Notes under the pieces: generated by a model
What the model was told of the DNA's origin: nothing
What the model saw: the letters and a program-made list of their open reading frames with translations, nothing else
Database searches by the model: none
Position numbers and translations under genes: made by a program
In this document: piece after piece, positions 12,847 through 24,331 of the stretch
Numbering within the stretch: position 1 is the stretch's first letter
How the letters are laid out: each line of letters opens with the position of its first letter
Assembly: GCA_000388065.2 (NCBI GenBank)
Contig: KB932207.1
Source of the DNA: Fonticula alba ATCC 38817
Lineage: Eukaryota; Protista; Nucleariida
Reading direction: 5' to 3' (one strand)
DNA: 64,000 bases

Positions 12847-13828
12847 CTGACCCGGTTTCCCCCCTTGGCGCCCCTTCCCCCCTTTCCCTCGCTTCTTCCT
12901 TCTCCTCCTCCGCACGTACTCATGGTCCACATCCGATTCGCTTTGCCCGCTGCCATCCGCCCCGCCCGCAGGCCATCATCATCTGTGGATATTCCCCTGT
13001 CCTCAATTATGCGCGGAACGCCCTCTGGCAGCAGCAACTCCAGATGTACTTCTACCACACGATGGCCCACACGAGTACCGCAACTATCAGCATCACAGGC
13101 ATGGCCATCTCCATTGCCACCGAAATGTGCGTCCTGCCTTCCCTTCCGTTTGCCGCTCGCCTCGATTCTTGGCTTGGATCCATCCCCCCCCCCCCCCGCC
13201 GACATGGGGCGTCTGCTGCTTCTCCTGACCCGCCTGCCGCCTCGGCGATCGTCCGCATGGCAGCTTTCGTCTTATCACCGGCCCCCCGGACGGCAAGCCC
13301 CTGGTTCGCGGCGGCCATATCCTGTCGGTGGCCAGTCTCTTGAATCAAGCGGATGCCTTCGCCCTGGGGTTCGTTTGGGGCCTGCAAACCTTCGACCACG
13401 CATCTCTCAAGCCCAAGAGCCTGCGCAACTGGGAGCCCCTGGTGCGCACCCTCATCGACTGGCTGATCGTGGGCGCCGAGGCTGGCTTCTTCCCCCGGCT
13501 CTTCCCCCTGATCCAGCAGGATGGCGCCTCGGCACCTGCCGAGCCGGTGTACCTCCTTCAGCCGGCCGCCCCTGGGACAGAGATCTCCCTCTTCCGGCCA
13601 TGGACCTGGTTCCGCCGTGGGCTTACCACCGACGCGGCCTGGTACATGGGTGTCGGCCTCCTGTCCCAGGGAGCCATGCTGTTGACCCAGTATCTCCTCC
13701 ACCGGCGTGTCCGGCAGCTGATCGACGAACGAGCCACGCGTCAGGTGGCGTCCCTCTACAAGCCCCGCGTGGAGATGTCCGACCATGATGGGGATGCCTC
13801 CGGGCAGGGTTCCCCCAAGGACCACTGA
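12176..13828 (+). CDS. Hypothetical ~410-aa protein with an N-terminal CxxC…CxxC pair and hydrophobic segments (4 exons)
   Basis: Donors GTGCGT (12423), GTGCGC and GTGCGT give an in-phase product MVIEDASIERFCRGCRD…LCDECIVRL…YK|MTHLVMSNRF…|AIIICGYS…|IFRLITG…GSPKDH*. No family recognised. Confidence 0.7.
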
Positions 13829-14143
13829 GCCCGGGGTCCTGCCCTTGCCGGGATTTGGAGGGGCGCCAAAAGCAGGCAGCTTTCGCCAGGCCTGCCTCCC
13901 ACCTCTCCGCTTCTCTCTCTCTCTCTCTCCCTCTCTGCCACTCTCCCCCTCCATTCTTCGGCCCCTCGCCGTGTTGGGGCCAAAAATATTACGCCAAGTT
14001 TTTTTTTTGTCTCTTCTTTGTCTATTCATACACGGGCGTATTTTTGGTTGTGCTCCGGAATGGACGGCTCGGCGAGCTCTGGCCGCCGGGTCTCCGAGCC
14101 CCGAGGGAGGCAGGAGCTATGCTGGCGAGGGCAGGGCAGACCC

Positions 14144-15361
14144 TCAGTCATACTCGTGGAAGACAGCATCGGCCGGTTCTGGGGCCGAGGTACCGGAGCC
14201 GATCTTCTGCACTACCGACCCGGTGCGCAGGCGCGCGGCAATCACCTGCAGCGCATCGGGCGAGGTTGGGTCCACGCGCGGCTTGCAGAGCTGGGCGAGT
14301 TTTTTGTTTTGTTTTTTTTTTCCACCACCCCCTCCACATTGTTAGTCAATGGGGCTGGTTCCCCCCCCCCCCCCCCCCCCCCCCCGGACAGGCGAAGGGG
14401 GTGCGAAGGAGGGGGCAAGAAAGAAAAGAAAGAAGGAAAGGAGCGATGCCCAAGCTTGGGAGGATGTACCTGGCCAAGGCGGCGAAGATCGGCCACCTCC
14501 GGCGAGCCCAGGACCTCGAGGCCGTGCAGCTGCGGCGGAGCCCCCTCGGCCGGGTCCGGTCCCGCCAGGATGTGCTCATTCAGCAGGGCGAGAAAAGCCG
14601 CGCGCCCAGGCTCGATGGCGCTTCCGGAGGGCAGAACCTGCACCACGAGAACATGCCGGGTGATCAGCGGCTGGATGCCGAGGACCTTCTTGGAGACAGC
14701 GATCTGGGCATGAGGAGGCCGGGGAGGGGGGGTGGAATAGTGGCGAGGGGCGTGCGCATATTGCGTTGGGTGAGGACAAAGTGGCTGCAGGTGCCTATCC
14801 AGCGGGAGAGGCGCGTGGCGAGGGAGAAGGAGGTGAGAAAGGAGGGAGGGGGGGGGGAGGAGACAGAACGCACGGTGGAGCGCCCGCTGATGGCGCAGAG
14901 GAGCTGATTGCCGAGGGACAGCTCGGTCGACGGGTCCTGCTCCTGGGCATGGCCGACAAGAACCTGCATGAGGGCCACCTTGAGGTTGGACACGTCGGGA
15001 ACCTGAAGGGTGGGGCATGAGGCAGGGGTCGGGAGTAAAGGCGTGTCAGGCGCAATAGCACGACCACCACCGCCGGCAGCATCAGCAGCAGCCGCGGCAG
15101 CAGCAGCACCAAGGACGGAGGCGAGCAAGGCGGGAACATCATTCAATGCATGGGGTGGAGTGTGGCCCAATGGCGTACCATGCCGGCGTCAAGCATGGCG
15201 ACTCGGCTGCCGAACTGGTCGTCGGCCAGCGACTGGCAGAGCTTGCCAAGCACGGCGTCCGAAGCGCCGGAGACCACACACGCAAGGATCGGGCCCTCGG
15301 CCGCGCCGAACGCGCCCAGCAGGGGGATGTCGACCACCGAGATGGCGGCGTCGGTACTCAT
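14144..15361 (-). CDS. TPRKB: CGI121/TPRKB, KEOPS (t6A) complex subunit (4 exons: 15361-15179, 15002-14874, from 14703, and a last exon ending at 14144)
   Basis: Spliced product …VAMLDAGM|VPDVSNLKVALMQVL…ELSLGNQLLCAISGRST|IAVSKKVLGIQPLITRHVLVVQV…|…ALQVIAARLRT. This aligns by eye with CGI-121 (SLINPTVIVDPFQILVAA…[24 protein letters not shown]…SILIV…IICRMST). All introns are phase 0; a CTAAC branch point lies in the last intron. Confidence 0.75.
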
Positions 15362-16210
15362 GGTGGCGTTGTGTGTGTGCGCTCGGGGAGGGTAAAAATG
15401 GGGGGCAGGCAGATGGAAGCGCGTGCAGGGGGCGGGGGGGCAGGGGGGGGGGGGAGAGGAGGGGAGCATGCCACTGGCCTGCATGATGCTGGCACGGCGC
15501 GATCTCTTTTCCAACTTACAGGCGAAGAGCGCGCGGCCCTCTCGTCCCCTCCCCCCCCCTCTGGGAGCGGCGGGCCCCATCCGCGAAACAAGCCCAAACA
15601 AAGAAAAATACACCACCCCCCCCCCCCGCACTCCGCCAGGCGTCCTCCGCCATAGCCTTCTGTCCCCATCCCGGCCTGGGGGGGGAGCGGCAGGGGAGGT
15701 ATGTGCAATATTGCATCAGGCTGAGCCGCCCCGCCCCCCGCCCCCCGCCCCCAACCCCGTCCGGCGGGACGTCTCACAGGCGTCCCTCCAGCGCGGCCCT
15801 CGCTCGTGCTGTCCTCGCTGTTCCGATTCCCCGGGAGCCCGTTCACTTGTGGATGGACCTCGATTGGGTAGGGAGGTTGTCTTGGTTCCTTCGTCGATGC
15901 TGAGCGGTTGGTGCCGGCCCCGGGGCTCTGACATCCGCGATCGGGCGCGATTCCCCCGGCGCGTGCGGATTGGTCCCTCTTCTCCCCCCCCCCCCCCCCC
16001 CAGCAAACACCCCGACCGCCTGGCGCTCGAGCTGGCCCCACCACCGGAGACTGTTGGGCTGGCATCTCAGGCAGAGTCAGCTGGAGCCGGCTCCACTGCG
16101 CTTGCACCTCTCCCGGCCGTTTCCCCCCCTCCTTCTCCTCCTCCTCCTCCGCCACCTTCGCCACCTCCTCCCCGCCGGATTTCCCTGATCTTGGCCCCCT
16201 GCCCTGTGGA

Positions 16211-17396
16211 ATGTCGAGCACGGACGCCCAGCGCCTGGCGCTGTTGCTGGCCGAGGCGCGACGCACCCTCCGGCTGCTGTCTCCTCCGGCCGCAGGCACC
16301 ACCGGCTCGGCGCACACGGCCATCGACAGCGAACATGCAGACCGCCTGCCTGCATTGCGAGCCACCCTCACCGAGGCACAGGCCCTTGGCGCATGGATGA
16401 CTCCGGCCCAGCGCCGAGCCTTCGATGCGTGCGTCCTCCCCCCCCCCTCCCTCCCCCGTATCCTTCTCTTCCCTTCATTTCCGCGTCTCTCTCTCCCCCC
16501 CCCCCTGCTCCCCGGCGAGACCGTCTCCTTCTTTCCTCCTTCATCGGCCTGACTCCCGAAATGGCCCCCTCTGGCAGAATGCTAGACACTTTTGCGCGGA
16601 TTGAGCTGACCTCCGGGGCGCAGTCCTCCGACCGGGCCCCACACCACCCTGCAGCCGAGATCACCCAGCGCGGGGGCAGCAATTCCCACCCCACCCCGTG
16701 CGCTTACTTTCCCTCGCCTCGCCTGCCTCCCTCCGCCCCTTCTATCGCGTGCACTTCCTCCCCGTCCTTCCTCCCACTGACCATCTCGGACCACAGTGCC
16801 CAGCAATCCCTCCACGATGTTGCCCTGAAGAATACCAGCTCCCTGCGCGCCGCGGCCGAAGACCTCGAGGAGAACGTTCGCCGCGCTCGTGACATCAACT
16901 CCATGCTCAGTGCGCTTCGCCTTCTGCCGCCCTTTCCCCCCCTTCCCTCGCGCCTGTTTGCCTCCTGCCGCCACTCGTCCTCTCCGCCCCGGCGCTTTCC
17001 CCCTCCTTTTTTCTCACCCCCCCCCCGCCCCCGGCCTCCCTAGTCACCTCTTCGGAAATGCTCGAATCCACCAGCACGGAGCACCGGACCTCCGGGGCCG
17101 GGGCCACACAGTCAGCCCTCTCGCTGACCCGGCGACTGCGGCTGCAGCTGTCCATGGACCGCATCCTCCTCTGGGTGGCATGTGCTGCCTTCGGCCTTGT
17201 TTGCATCTACATCCTGCAAAAGCGCGCTCGGCTCTGGTGGTGGCGTTGGTTTGGCTGGCTCTATCGCTGGCTGTCCGATCGCCTCTTCCAGGCCACCCTC
17301 GGGGCGGAGATCGGGGCCGCCGCCGGCGGCGCCGGCGGCGGCAACGTGACTCCCGGGGCGCACGCGATGTTCCGCGACTGGCCTGCGGAGCTCTGA
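16211..17396 (+). CDS. SEC20: Sec20/BNIP1 ER Qb-SNARE (4 exons)
   Basis: In-phase splicing gives …ALKNTSSLRAAAEDLEENVRRARDINSML|ITSSEMLESTSTEH…LSLTRRLRLQLSMDRILLWVACAAFGLVCIYILQKR. This is the Sec20 coiled coil plus the 'D.illw.a…f…v.yIl.kR' TM helix, followed by a WW-rich lumenal tail. Confidence 0.8.
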
Positions 17397-17574
17397 ACAC
17401 GTGACGTCTACTGCCGACGGTCGGCGCGCGCCGACCTGTGCCCCCCCCCGCGCAGGCGCCCAGAGAACGGCGCATCCGCGCGGGGGTCTGGCGCTCGCTC
17501 GGCCGGCCGCGGCAGGCTTGCCAGAGCAGGTGCGGGGGGAGGCGGAGGGCCGGGGTCTCTCCGGCTGACTCGTT

Positions 17575-17617
<43 letters not shown>

Positions 17618-17856
17618 GCAGAGTGGGCAAGGGAGTGCCTGGGGTCCTGGCTCTGGCCCAGGTCCCGGTGCGCCCATTCCCCCTGTTCTGCCAGCGGCGG
17701 GCGGCGCGCCCGCCACCGGTCTCTCTAGCCGCGCGCGCGCGCGCGCATGCGCCCGAGGAGACGCGCGGGCGTGCAGACCGTTGCCGCGCCCGGCACCCCA
17801 CGCCTTGCGACCCTGCCCCTTCCGCTGGGGGTTGTTTGTAGCTCGTTTTTTTCTCG

Positions 17857-17887
<31 letters not shown>

Positions 17888-18707
17888 CGGTTCACCCATA
17901 CCCTGCTCCGGTGTGCAGTGGGACTCCCACCGGTCACCTCCGCCGGACGCGCGTGGAGCGCGCCCCCCGCCGGCTCCTGGTGTTTGTCTGCCTTTCTGTT
18001 CCCCGGTGTCCGCTTGTGCCGGCCCCGCCCGGGAAAAGGCCGGGCGCCGGAAACTGGCCCGGTGGTCTCGCCCTTTTCGCGGGACCCCCCCGACGTTCCG
18101 CCCCCTCTCCAACGGGCGCCCCACACAACGGCCCTGTGCTCTCTCACGCNNNNNNNNNNNNNNNNNNNNNNNNNNNNNNNNNNNNNNNNNNNNNNNNNNN
18201 NNNNNNNNNNNNNNNNNNNNNNNNNNNNNNNNNNNNNNCCCCCCCTTCCTTCCTTGTTATCCGCTCTTCCCTCTTGTCGTCTGTTCAGCCCAAGTCTAAG
18301 GGAGAGAAGCTCGCCGGCCGTGCCGTCCCCCCTCCCTCCTCCCCTTCCTTCCTCTCTTCGCCGCCTCCCTCCCACGCCTCGCATGCGGCTGGCCGTCCGT
18401 CTCTCCGACCGCCTCGCTCCCGTCTGCCATACCGGCCGTCCCCCCCGGCGTCCCGACCTACCCCTTCTCCATGCCCGACCCCGACTTGAGCCGCCCCCCT
18501 CGAGTTCCTTGATTCCCTTCCTCCTTCCCCTCGAGTGAGCCCCCATTCCTGGTGCGCCCCTTGTCCTCCTCTCCCCCTGGCCAGCCGGGTGGCCCGGCTG
18601 TCTGTCCGCCCGTCCGCCACCCGTCCGCCCGTCCGCCACCCGTCCATTCACTTACCCCATGTCCTTGCGATTGTCATCGACTACACCGCCCCTCCTCCTG
18701 CCGCCAG

Positions 18708-21700
18708 ATGTCCTCCCCCGTGCCGGCCTCCTTCTCGCTGGCGACCCCCTCCTTCTGCTCGCCCGGGCTCTTCCGTCGCTTCCAGGCGGTCATCCGCGAA
18801 CACGTCTCCTCACATGTGGGCACCAGTGAGTCGGGTTCCGGGTCGACACAACGTCCCGGCCTATCGCCGCCCCCTGCAGTGCGCCGCCTCCGCTTCCATC
18901 CTTGCCCTCTCCCCCCCCCTCCCCCCTCCCTCTTCTGTTGCCGCTCCCTGCTGACACCGGGCGCACATTCACCCATCCACCACCCTCCGCAGGATGACAG
19001 CCTGTACATCCCGGAGCAGGGGGTGGCCTACCCGCTGCCGCCTACATTGCAGGATGTCCCCCTCTTTCTGATCACCCCGCCCCCGGTGGACTACGACTCG
19101 TCCGACGAGATGGACGACTACTTCGACCCGATCCCCTTCGGCAGCGGCGGGTCTTCCTCGCTGCATGGCGATCCGTCCGACGGGGCGGCCGTCACCCCGG
19201 AGCAGCTGCACAACTTCGTCACCTCACTGGACCTCGGCGCCTCGCTGGAGGACCACCCGCCGCCGCTGCCGCCGGTCGCCGGCGCCACCCCCGGGGCCCT
19301 GTCCAAGGTGGATGCCCTGACGCAAGTCCTCTCCGAGCGTTACCTCGGCTCCTTCCGGGTGTTCCTCCGGGACCTCAGCCTAACCGGCGACGATGGGTCC
19401 CACCATGTGCCCAGCATCGCCAGCCATCCCCTCCACCACCACCATCATCATCATCATCATCACCGCCCGGCCGGGCCGATCATCGCCTCCGTGGTGAAAG
19501 CCCCTCCCGGTGCGGCCGGGGCCTATCATCGTGACCGGTCCCCAGGGCCGGCTCCCATCCCCGGGCTTTCCTCGCAATTCGGCTCCGTCCTTGGGCCCGG
19601 TGCGTCACCACCTGCCCGTGCCTCTCGGCCGGGCGCTCTCCCATTTCCCTCGCCCCTCTCCTGGTTCTCTCTCTCTCCCCCTCCCCCTCCTTTGCTTCGG
19701 CGGTGGTGTCATCTCCCGCCGGCAACATGCTCACCGCCCTCCCGCCCGTCTGTCCCGCGCTCCCTGTCCCCCCCCCCCCCCCCGCGAGAAGATGACCACG
19801 CCCGCTATGAGGGCCGCCTGGACTTACGCTCATCGGCCGCCGGGGGGTCGGGCCGACTTGTTGACCCGCGCGACCGGCGCCTCGGCGGGGCCCTTGGCGG
19901 CGATCGGCGCCCCGGGCCGGTGGTCGACCCGCGTGGCGCCGACCGGGACTTCCGTGACCGGCGGCCGGTCGACCCGCGCGACCGGCGGCCGGTCGACCCG
20001 CGCGACCGGCGGCCAAGCATCCCGGACCCGCGAGATCGCCGGTTCGACCCGCGCGGCTCGGAGCGCCCCTACGACCGTGATGGCCGGGACTTCCGCGACC
20101 GGGATCGCCGGGACCGCGAGCGCGATCGGCTGCATGACCGAGATCGCGACCGTGAGCGCGATCGCGACCACCGCTACGAGCGGGACCGTTACGATCGCCA
20201 CGACCGCGGTGGGGACTTGCCGGCCGGTGGCGACCCGTTCGATCTGCGGCGTGGGCCCGGCCGCGCTGGCAGCCTCTCCCCGCCGCCGGGGCCGCCGGCT
20301 GGCCACTCGCCCGGGCCCTTTGGCGGGGGCCCGGTCGACTTGCCCCCGGCACCCCCGCTGTCTTCCTCCACCTCCTCCTCCTCGTCGCTGGTCAGCTCGC
20401 CGGTTCTGCCGACTTCCTTTGCGCCGGCCTCGGTGGCGCCGGTGTCCTTCGCGCCGGCCTCGGTGGCGCCGGTGTCCTTTGCGCCGGTGTCCTTTGCGCC
20501 GGCTTCCTTTGCGCCGGCTTCCTTCGCGCCGGCCTCCGTACCCGGACCGGGGGTTCCCCCAGCCGGGGGGGCACGGCCATCCTCGCCACCTCCAGTCCCG
20601 ACCCCGGCCTCGGCCGCTTCCTTCACATCCCCCTCGCCCCAGCTGCCGGCCGTGGCGCCGGACCTGTCATATCTCCCCTCTCAGGGGGGGAGCCCGGCGG
20701 CCATGGGTCCCGCGGGCGCCGGGTCCCGATCGGCCCGGCCCTCGCGCCCGCACTCCCCCTCGCCGGGGCTCACCTCGACGCCTCCTCGGTCGCCGGGGCT
20801 GGGCTCGGTCCCGACCCCGGCCGGGGTGGCGGCCACGCCGGGAGCCGGTGTCTCCCGGCGGCACTCGCGCACCGGCAGCCGCGATCTCTCCACCGACGAC
20901 CTGGTCAGCGGTGGGGGGCCCTTGGCGTCGGCGGCCGACCGGCGGGCCTCGCTCAGCCGGTCGATCGGCTCTTCGGCGCCCTCGTCGCCCAGCCGCGGCA
21001 GCATGTCACGGCGCCCCTCGCCCCCGGCGTCGGCCGCGGCCGCGGCCGCGGCCCCGGCCACGGCTCCTGTCCCCCCCTCCCAAGCGGAGGACTTGCTTGC
21101 GAGCCTGCTCCCCCCTTTGCCGGCCACGCCGGCGGACTTGGTCCCCTTCATCGGGCCCTTCGAGGCGGAGGCCCGTGCGGCGGCGGCCGCCACCTGGGCC
21201 GCGGCCGACACGGCCAAAGCCAATGCCTCGCGCTCGCAGCGGCTGGGCATCGCCTTCCGCGAAGAGCTGGGCATGGAATGCGAGCTCCGGGCGGCGGAGT
21301 TCCGCACGCTGCTTCTCCAGTGGGAGTTGGAGCGCATCGACCGGCTCATCCGCCTGGCCGAGCTACAGTATGCCCTGTCCGGGGTGGATCTGGAGGACTT
21401 GCTGGCTGCATTGGACAGCGACGAGCGGGCGTTGGAGCTCCTGCGCAAGTTGGCCGACTCCTCGGGGCCGGATGCTCTGGCTGCTTCGTCGGTGATCGCG
21501 TCGCTGACCGGGGCCGGGCATCCGCCTGGCGGTGTGTCGGGCCCTGGCGGCCCGGCGGCCGCCTCCGCCACCGGCGCCTTCACCCTGGCCGATTGCTTTG
21601 TCTCGCGTCCGGCCCACTCGGTGTTGGATGTTCCCCTGCAGGCGGTCCTGCCGGAGGAGGGCGTCTCTGCGTTGGCCAGCGACCCGCATCTTTTTGGCCT

Positions 21701-22256
21701 GCGGTCGCTCATTGACATTGCCGGGGCGGCGGTTCCGTCGTCGGCGGCGGCGGCCACCGCGGCGGCCACCGCGGCGGCTGCTGCGGCTGCGGCTGCCGCC
21801 GCCACCGCCGCCGCCGCCACCTCTTCGGCTCCCCCCGGCACGGTTCTTGGTGGCGGGCTGACCACGGGGCTCGGCTCGCCGGGCCTCCCCGCCGGGGTCC
21901 CGCCTGCCCTCCCTCCCGGGGGTAGTCCCCTTCTGGCGCCGTCGCCGCAGCTGGTCGGATCGTCGCCGGCGCTCGCGCCGGTCGGCGGCGGCTCGACCCT
22001 GCCGGAGGAGCTGTCTCTGCCGCCGGTCACCGCCTCCAGTCCTCCCTCGTCTCCGGCTCTGGTACCTCCCTCTCCTGCGCCAGTTGCTCCCCCGGGCACC
22101 GGGGGGCTCCCGGCCGCGCGGCCGCCCCCGGCCGAGGGCGCGGACGATGCTGCCTCGGCGCCGGTGCCGGCACCAACCCCGGCGGTGGCACCACCCCACC
22201 CTGGCGCCGCCGGATCGTCGGCCAAGCCGCCCGAAGAGCCAGACCCCCGCCAGCAC

Positions 22257-22329
<73 letters not shown>

Positions 22330-22499
22330 CGACGGCGCCCACCGACACGCTGGCCTTCAACCATCAGTCGCCCCTGGGCCAGCTGGCCTCGCTCGCAGTC
22401 ATCTTCGAGGACCCGTCGCTGCTCCTTTCCGGGGGCACTGGTGGAGGTGCTGGTGTGGCCCCGGCCCCCGGCAGTGGGGTACAGCCGCCTCCCTTTTGA
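18708..22499 (+). CDS. Hypothetical ~1,150-1,200-aa low-complexity protein (RD/DPR repeats, Pro/Ala-rich, C-terminal coiled coil, polyQ)
   Basis: Long coding-like ORF 18552..22499 with acceptor CAG before DDSLYIPEQG (18993) and a probable phase-1 intron at ~19600-19788. The 5' start is ambiguous (ATG 18708, or ATG 18814 'MWAP' which is in phase with the GTGAGT donor at 18826). Confidence 0.7.
19921..20055 (+). repeat. Coding 24-bp tandem repeat (VDPRDRRP)n
   Basis: GTCGACCCGCGCGACCGGCGGCCG-like units, about 4-5 degenerate copies. Confidence 0.85.
20414..20540 (+). repeat. Coding 15-bp tandem repeat (SFAPA/SVAPV)n
   Basis: TCCTTTGCGCCGGCC/TCGGTGGCGCCGGTG units, about 8 copies. Confidence 0.85.
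22263..22328 (+). repeat. (CAG)22 polyglutamine tract
   Basis: Direct count of 22 uninterrupted CAG, in frame near the C-terminus of the 18708..22499 gene. Confidence 0.95.
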
Positions 22500-23576
22500 G
22501 CAGCCGTGTTCGATGCCGGTGAGTGTGCGTGCGCCTGTGGGGGGCCGGGAGAACGCGCGTGCGCGCGAATATGTCACCCCGCGCCTCCCACCCCGTCCTG
22601 TGTATCTCCTCCCCATGCCCCTCCGTGTCCCGGCTCCGTCTCGCCGCCCTCCTCAGCGCCTCGTGCGGGCGAGAGCGAGAGCGAGAGAGAGAGAGAGAGG
22701 CATAGGCAGCATGTGCGCATGCAACACAGCATGGCGCCGTGGCGGCCGTACCCGCGCTCATGCGCCGCGGCCCAGAGTGAGAGAGGCCCTACCATCCTTC
22801 CGCGCCTCTCCCCGTGTTCTCGGCGCCCGCGCGCACAGCCGCACCGAAAGCATGCGCCGCCCCTTCTCCCGCTCCCGTGGCGCCGGATGGCGTCCCCCCC
22901 CGCCGCCCCCCCCCCTCCTTGTTTGTGTGTGTGTTTTTTTTCCCGTCCGAATACACCTTCTTATCCACCAGAACCACCGCTGTCAAATCACATGACATCC
23001 CTCTAGGCCGCGCAGGGCTCCTGACGGCGGAACCCGAGATGCGGCGGGCTGAGCGCGCCGGAAGTGATGGCCCGTTGCCTGCATCACACAGCAGCCCCTG
23101 GCCGCCGGGGTCAGGGGGCTAGGAGCCAGGTTCGGGCCGCCCCAGGGGGGGGGGGAAGGTGGGGATCAGCATGTGTCTCCCTCTTCCACATCTCGGGGGG
23201 GGGGGGGGGCGGGCCGGGCGCCCGGCGGCCGGGGGGCGGCCTCTGTGCCGCATGTGTGCGCGCGCGTGTGTGCCACTCTGTGTTTGCAGCCTCATGTCCG
23301 CATTCCTGGCCTTGTCCATGATCATGTCTGTGTTTGTGTTTGTGTTTGTGCGAGGGCGGACCCCCTTCGCGCGGGGCCTCCCGGGCGATGCTCACGACCC
23401 GGCCGGTCTCAAAATGAGCTGCCAAGACGACTTGCCGGCCCTGTGGATCTCGCCAGCCCCCCTCCCTCCCGCCCTTCTTCCCACATACCCCCTGCACTTG
23501 CCTCCCCCACGCCGCCCCTTCCACTCCCCGCGCTCTGTGCCCCTCGTCTGTCCTCTCCTCCCGGCCCACACCTCCG

Positions 23577-24331
23577 ATGTCCACCGAGGCGCCGTCCGCC
23601 GCCTCGCCCCAGGCTGACCCCCACTGCATTATCTATGACGTGTCGGACTCCTCCGAGCTGAGTGCGTTTCGCGGCATCTCACCGGGCCGGCCCAGGCCGT
23701 GCTTTTTGCCCGGCTCTCGCGAGTTCCTTCCCCCCTGCTGACGGTCCTCCTCCCCGGCCACCCGTGGCAGACCTCCCCCGGTCGGTGTCTTTCGTGGTCC
23801 GGCACCCGCTGAAGATCCCCGGGGTGGTCATCCGCGACTTCGCGTACCGGCCGTCGGAGCGCATGTTCCGCGGCGAGAGCGAGCCCACCCCGAGTCGCAA
23901 GGTCGGCGCCTGGAAGGTGCGTAGGCTGGTGTCGGCCGCTTGTCCATCTTCCCCCTCGCCCGGATCGGCCGGCCGGGCTTCCCGCGCTTGGCTGCACCCC
24001 CGCGGCCCTCTCCGCGCCGGTGCTCCATCCTGACATGCCCGTCTCGCCTCCCCGGGAGCAGGTCCGCGGCCTGTATGACTTTGTTGGCAGCAATGAGACC
24101 GAGCTCTCCTTCACCGAGGGCCAGATCCTGAATGTCACCGAGTTCTTCGACAATGGCTGGCTCTCGGCGTCCAATGTTCGTGCTCTCCCTGTCCGCCTCC
24201 TGGAAGATGCCCCGCCCTTGCTGGCCACTAATATGCGCCCCTGCCCTCTCACCCCCCCTGGCTGGGGCCCTCCGCAGGACCAGGGCCAGCGCGGCTTCAT
24301 CCCTACTTCCTTCACCGAGTGGATCGAGTAG
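23577..24331 (+). CDS. Small (~130 aa) protein with a C-terminal SH3 domain (4 exons)
   Basis: MSTEAPSAASPQADPHCIIYDVSDSSEL|NLPRSVSF…KVGAWK|VRGLYDFVGSNETELSFTEGQILNVTEFFDNGWLSASN|DQGQRGFIPTSFTEWIE*. The SH3 signature (LYDF…ELSF..G…GW…GFIP..F) is clear and the introns are GT-AG and in phase. Confidence 0.85.

Noticed and set aside
15003-15178. CPTLQVPD similarity to proteasome chaperone PAC1
   Set aside because: The CPTLQ part lies in an intron (GTACGC…CAG); the spliced gene matches CGI121 instead.
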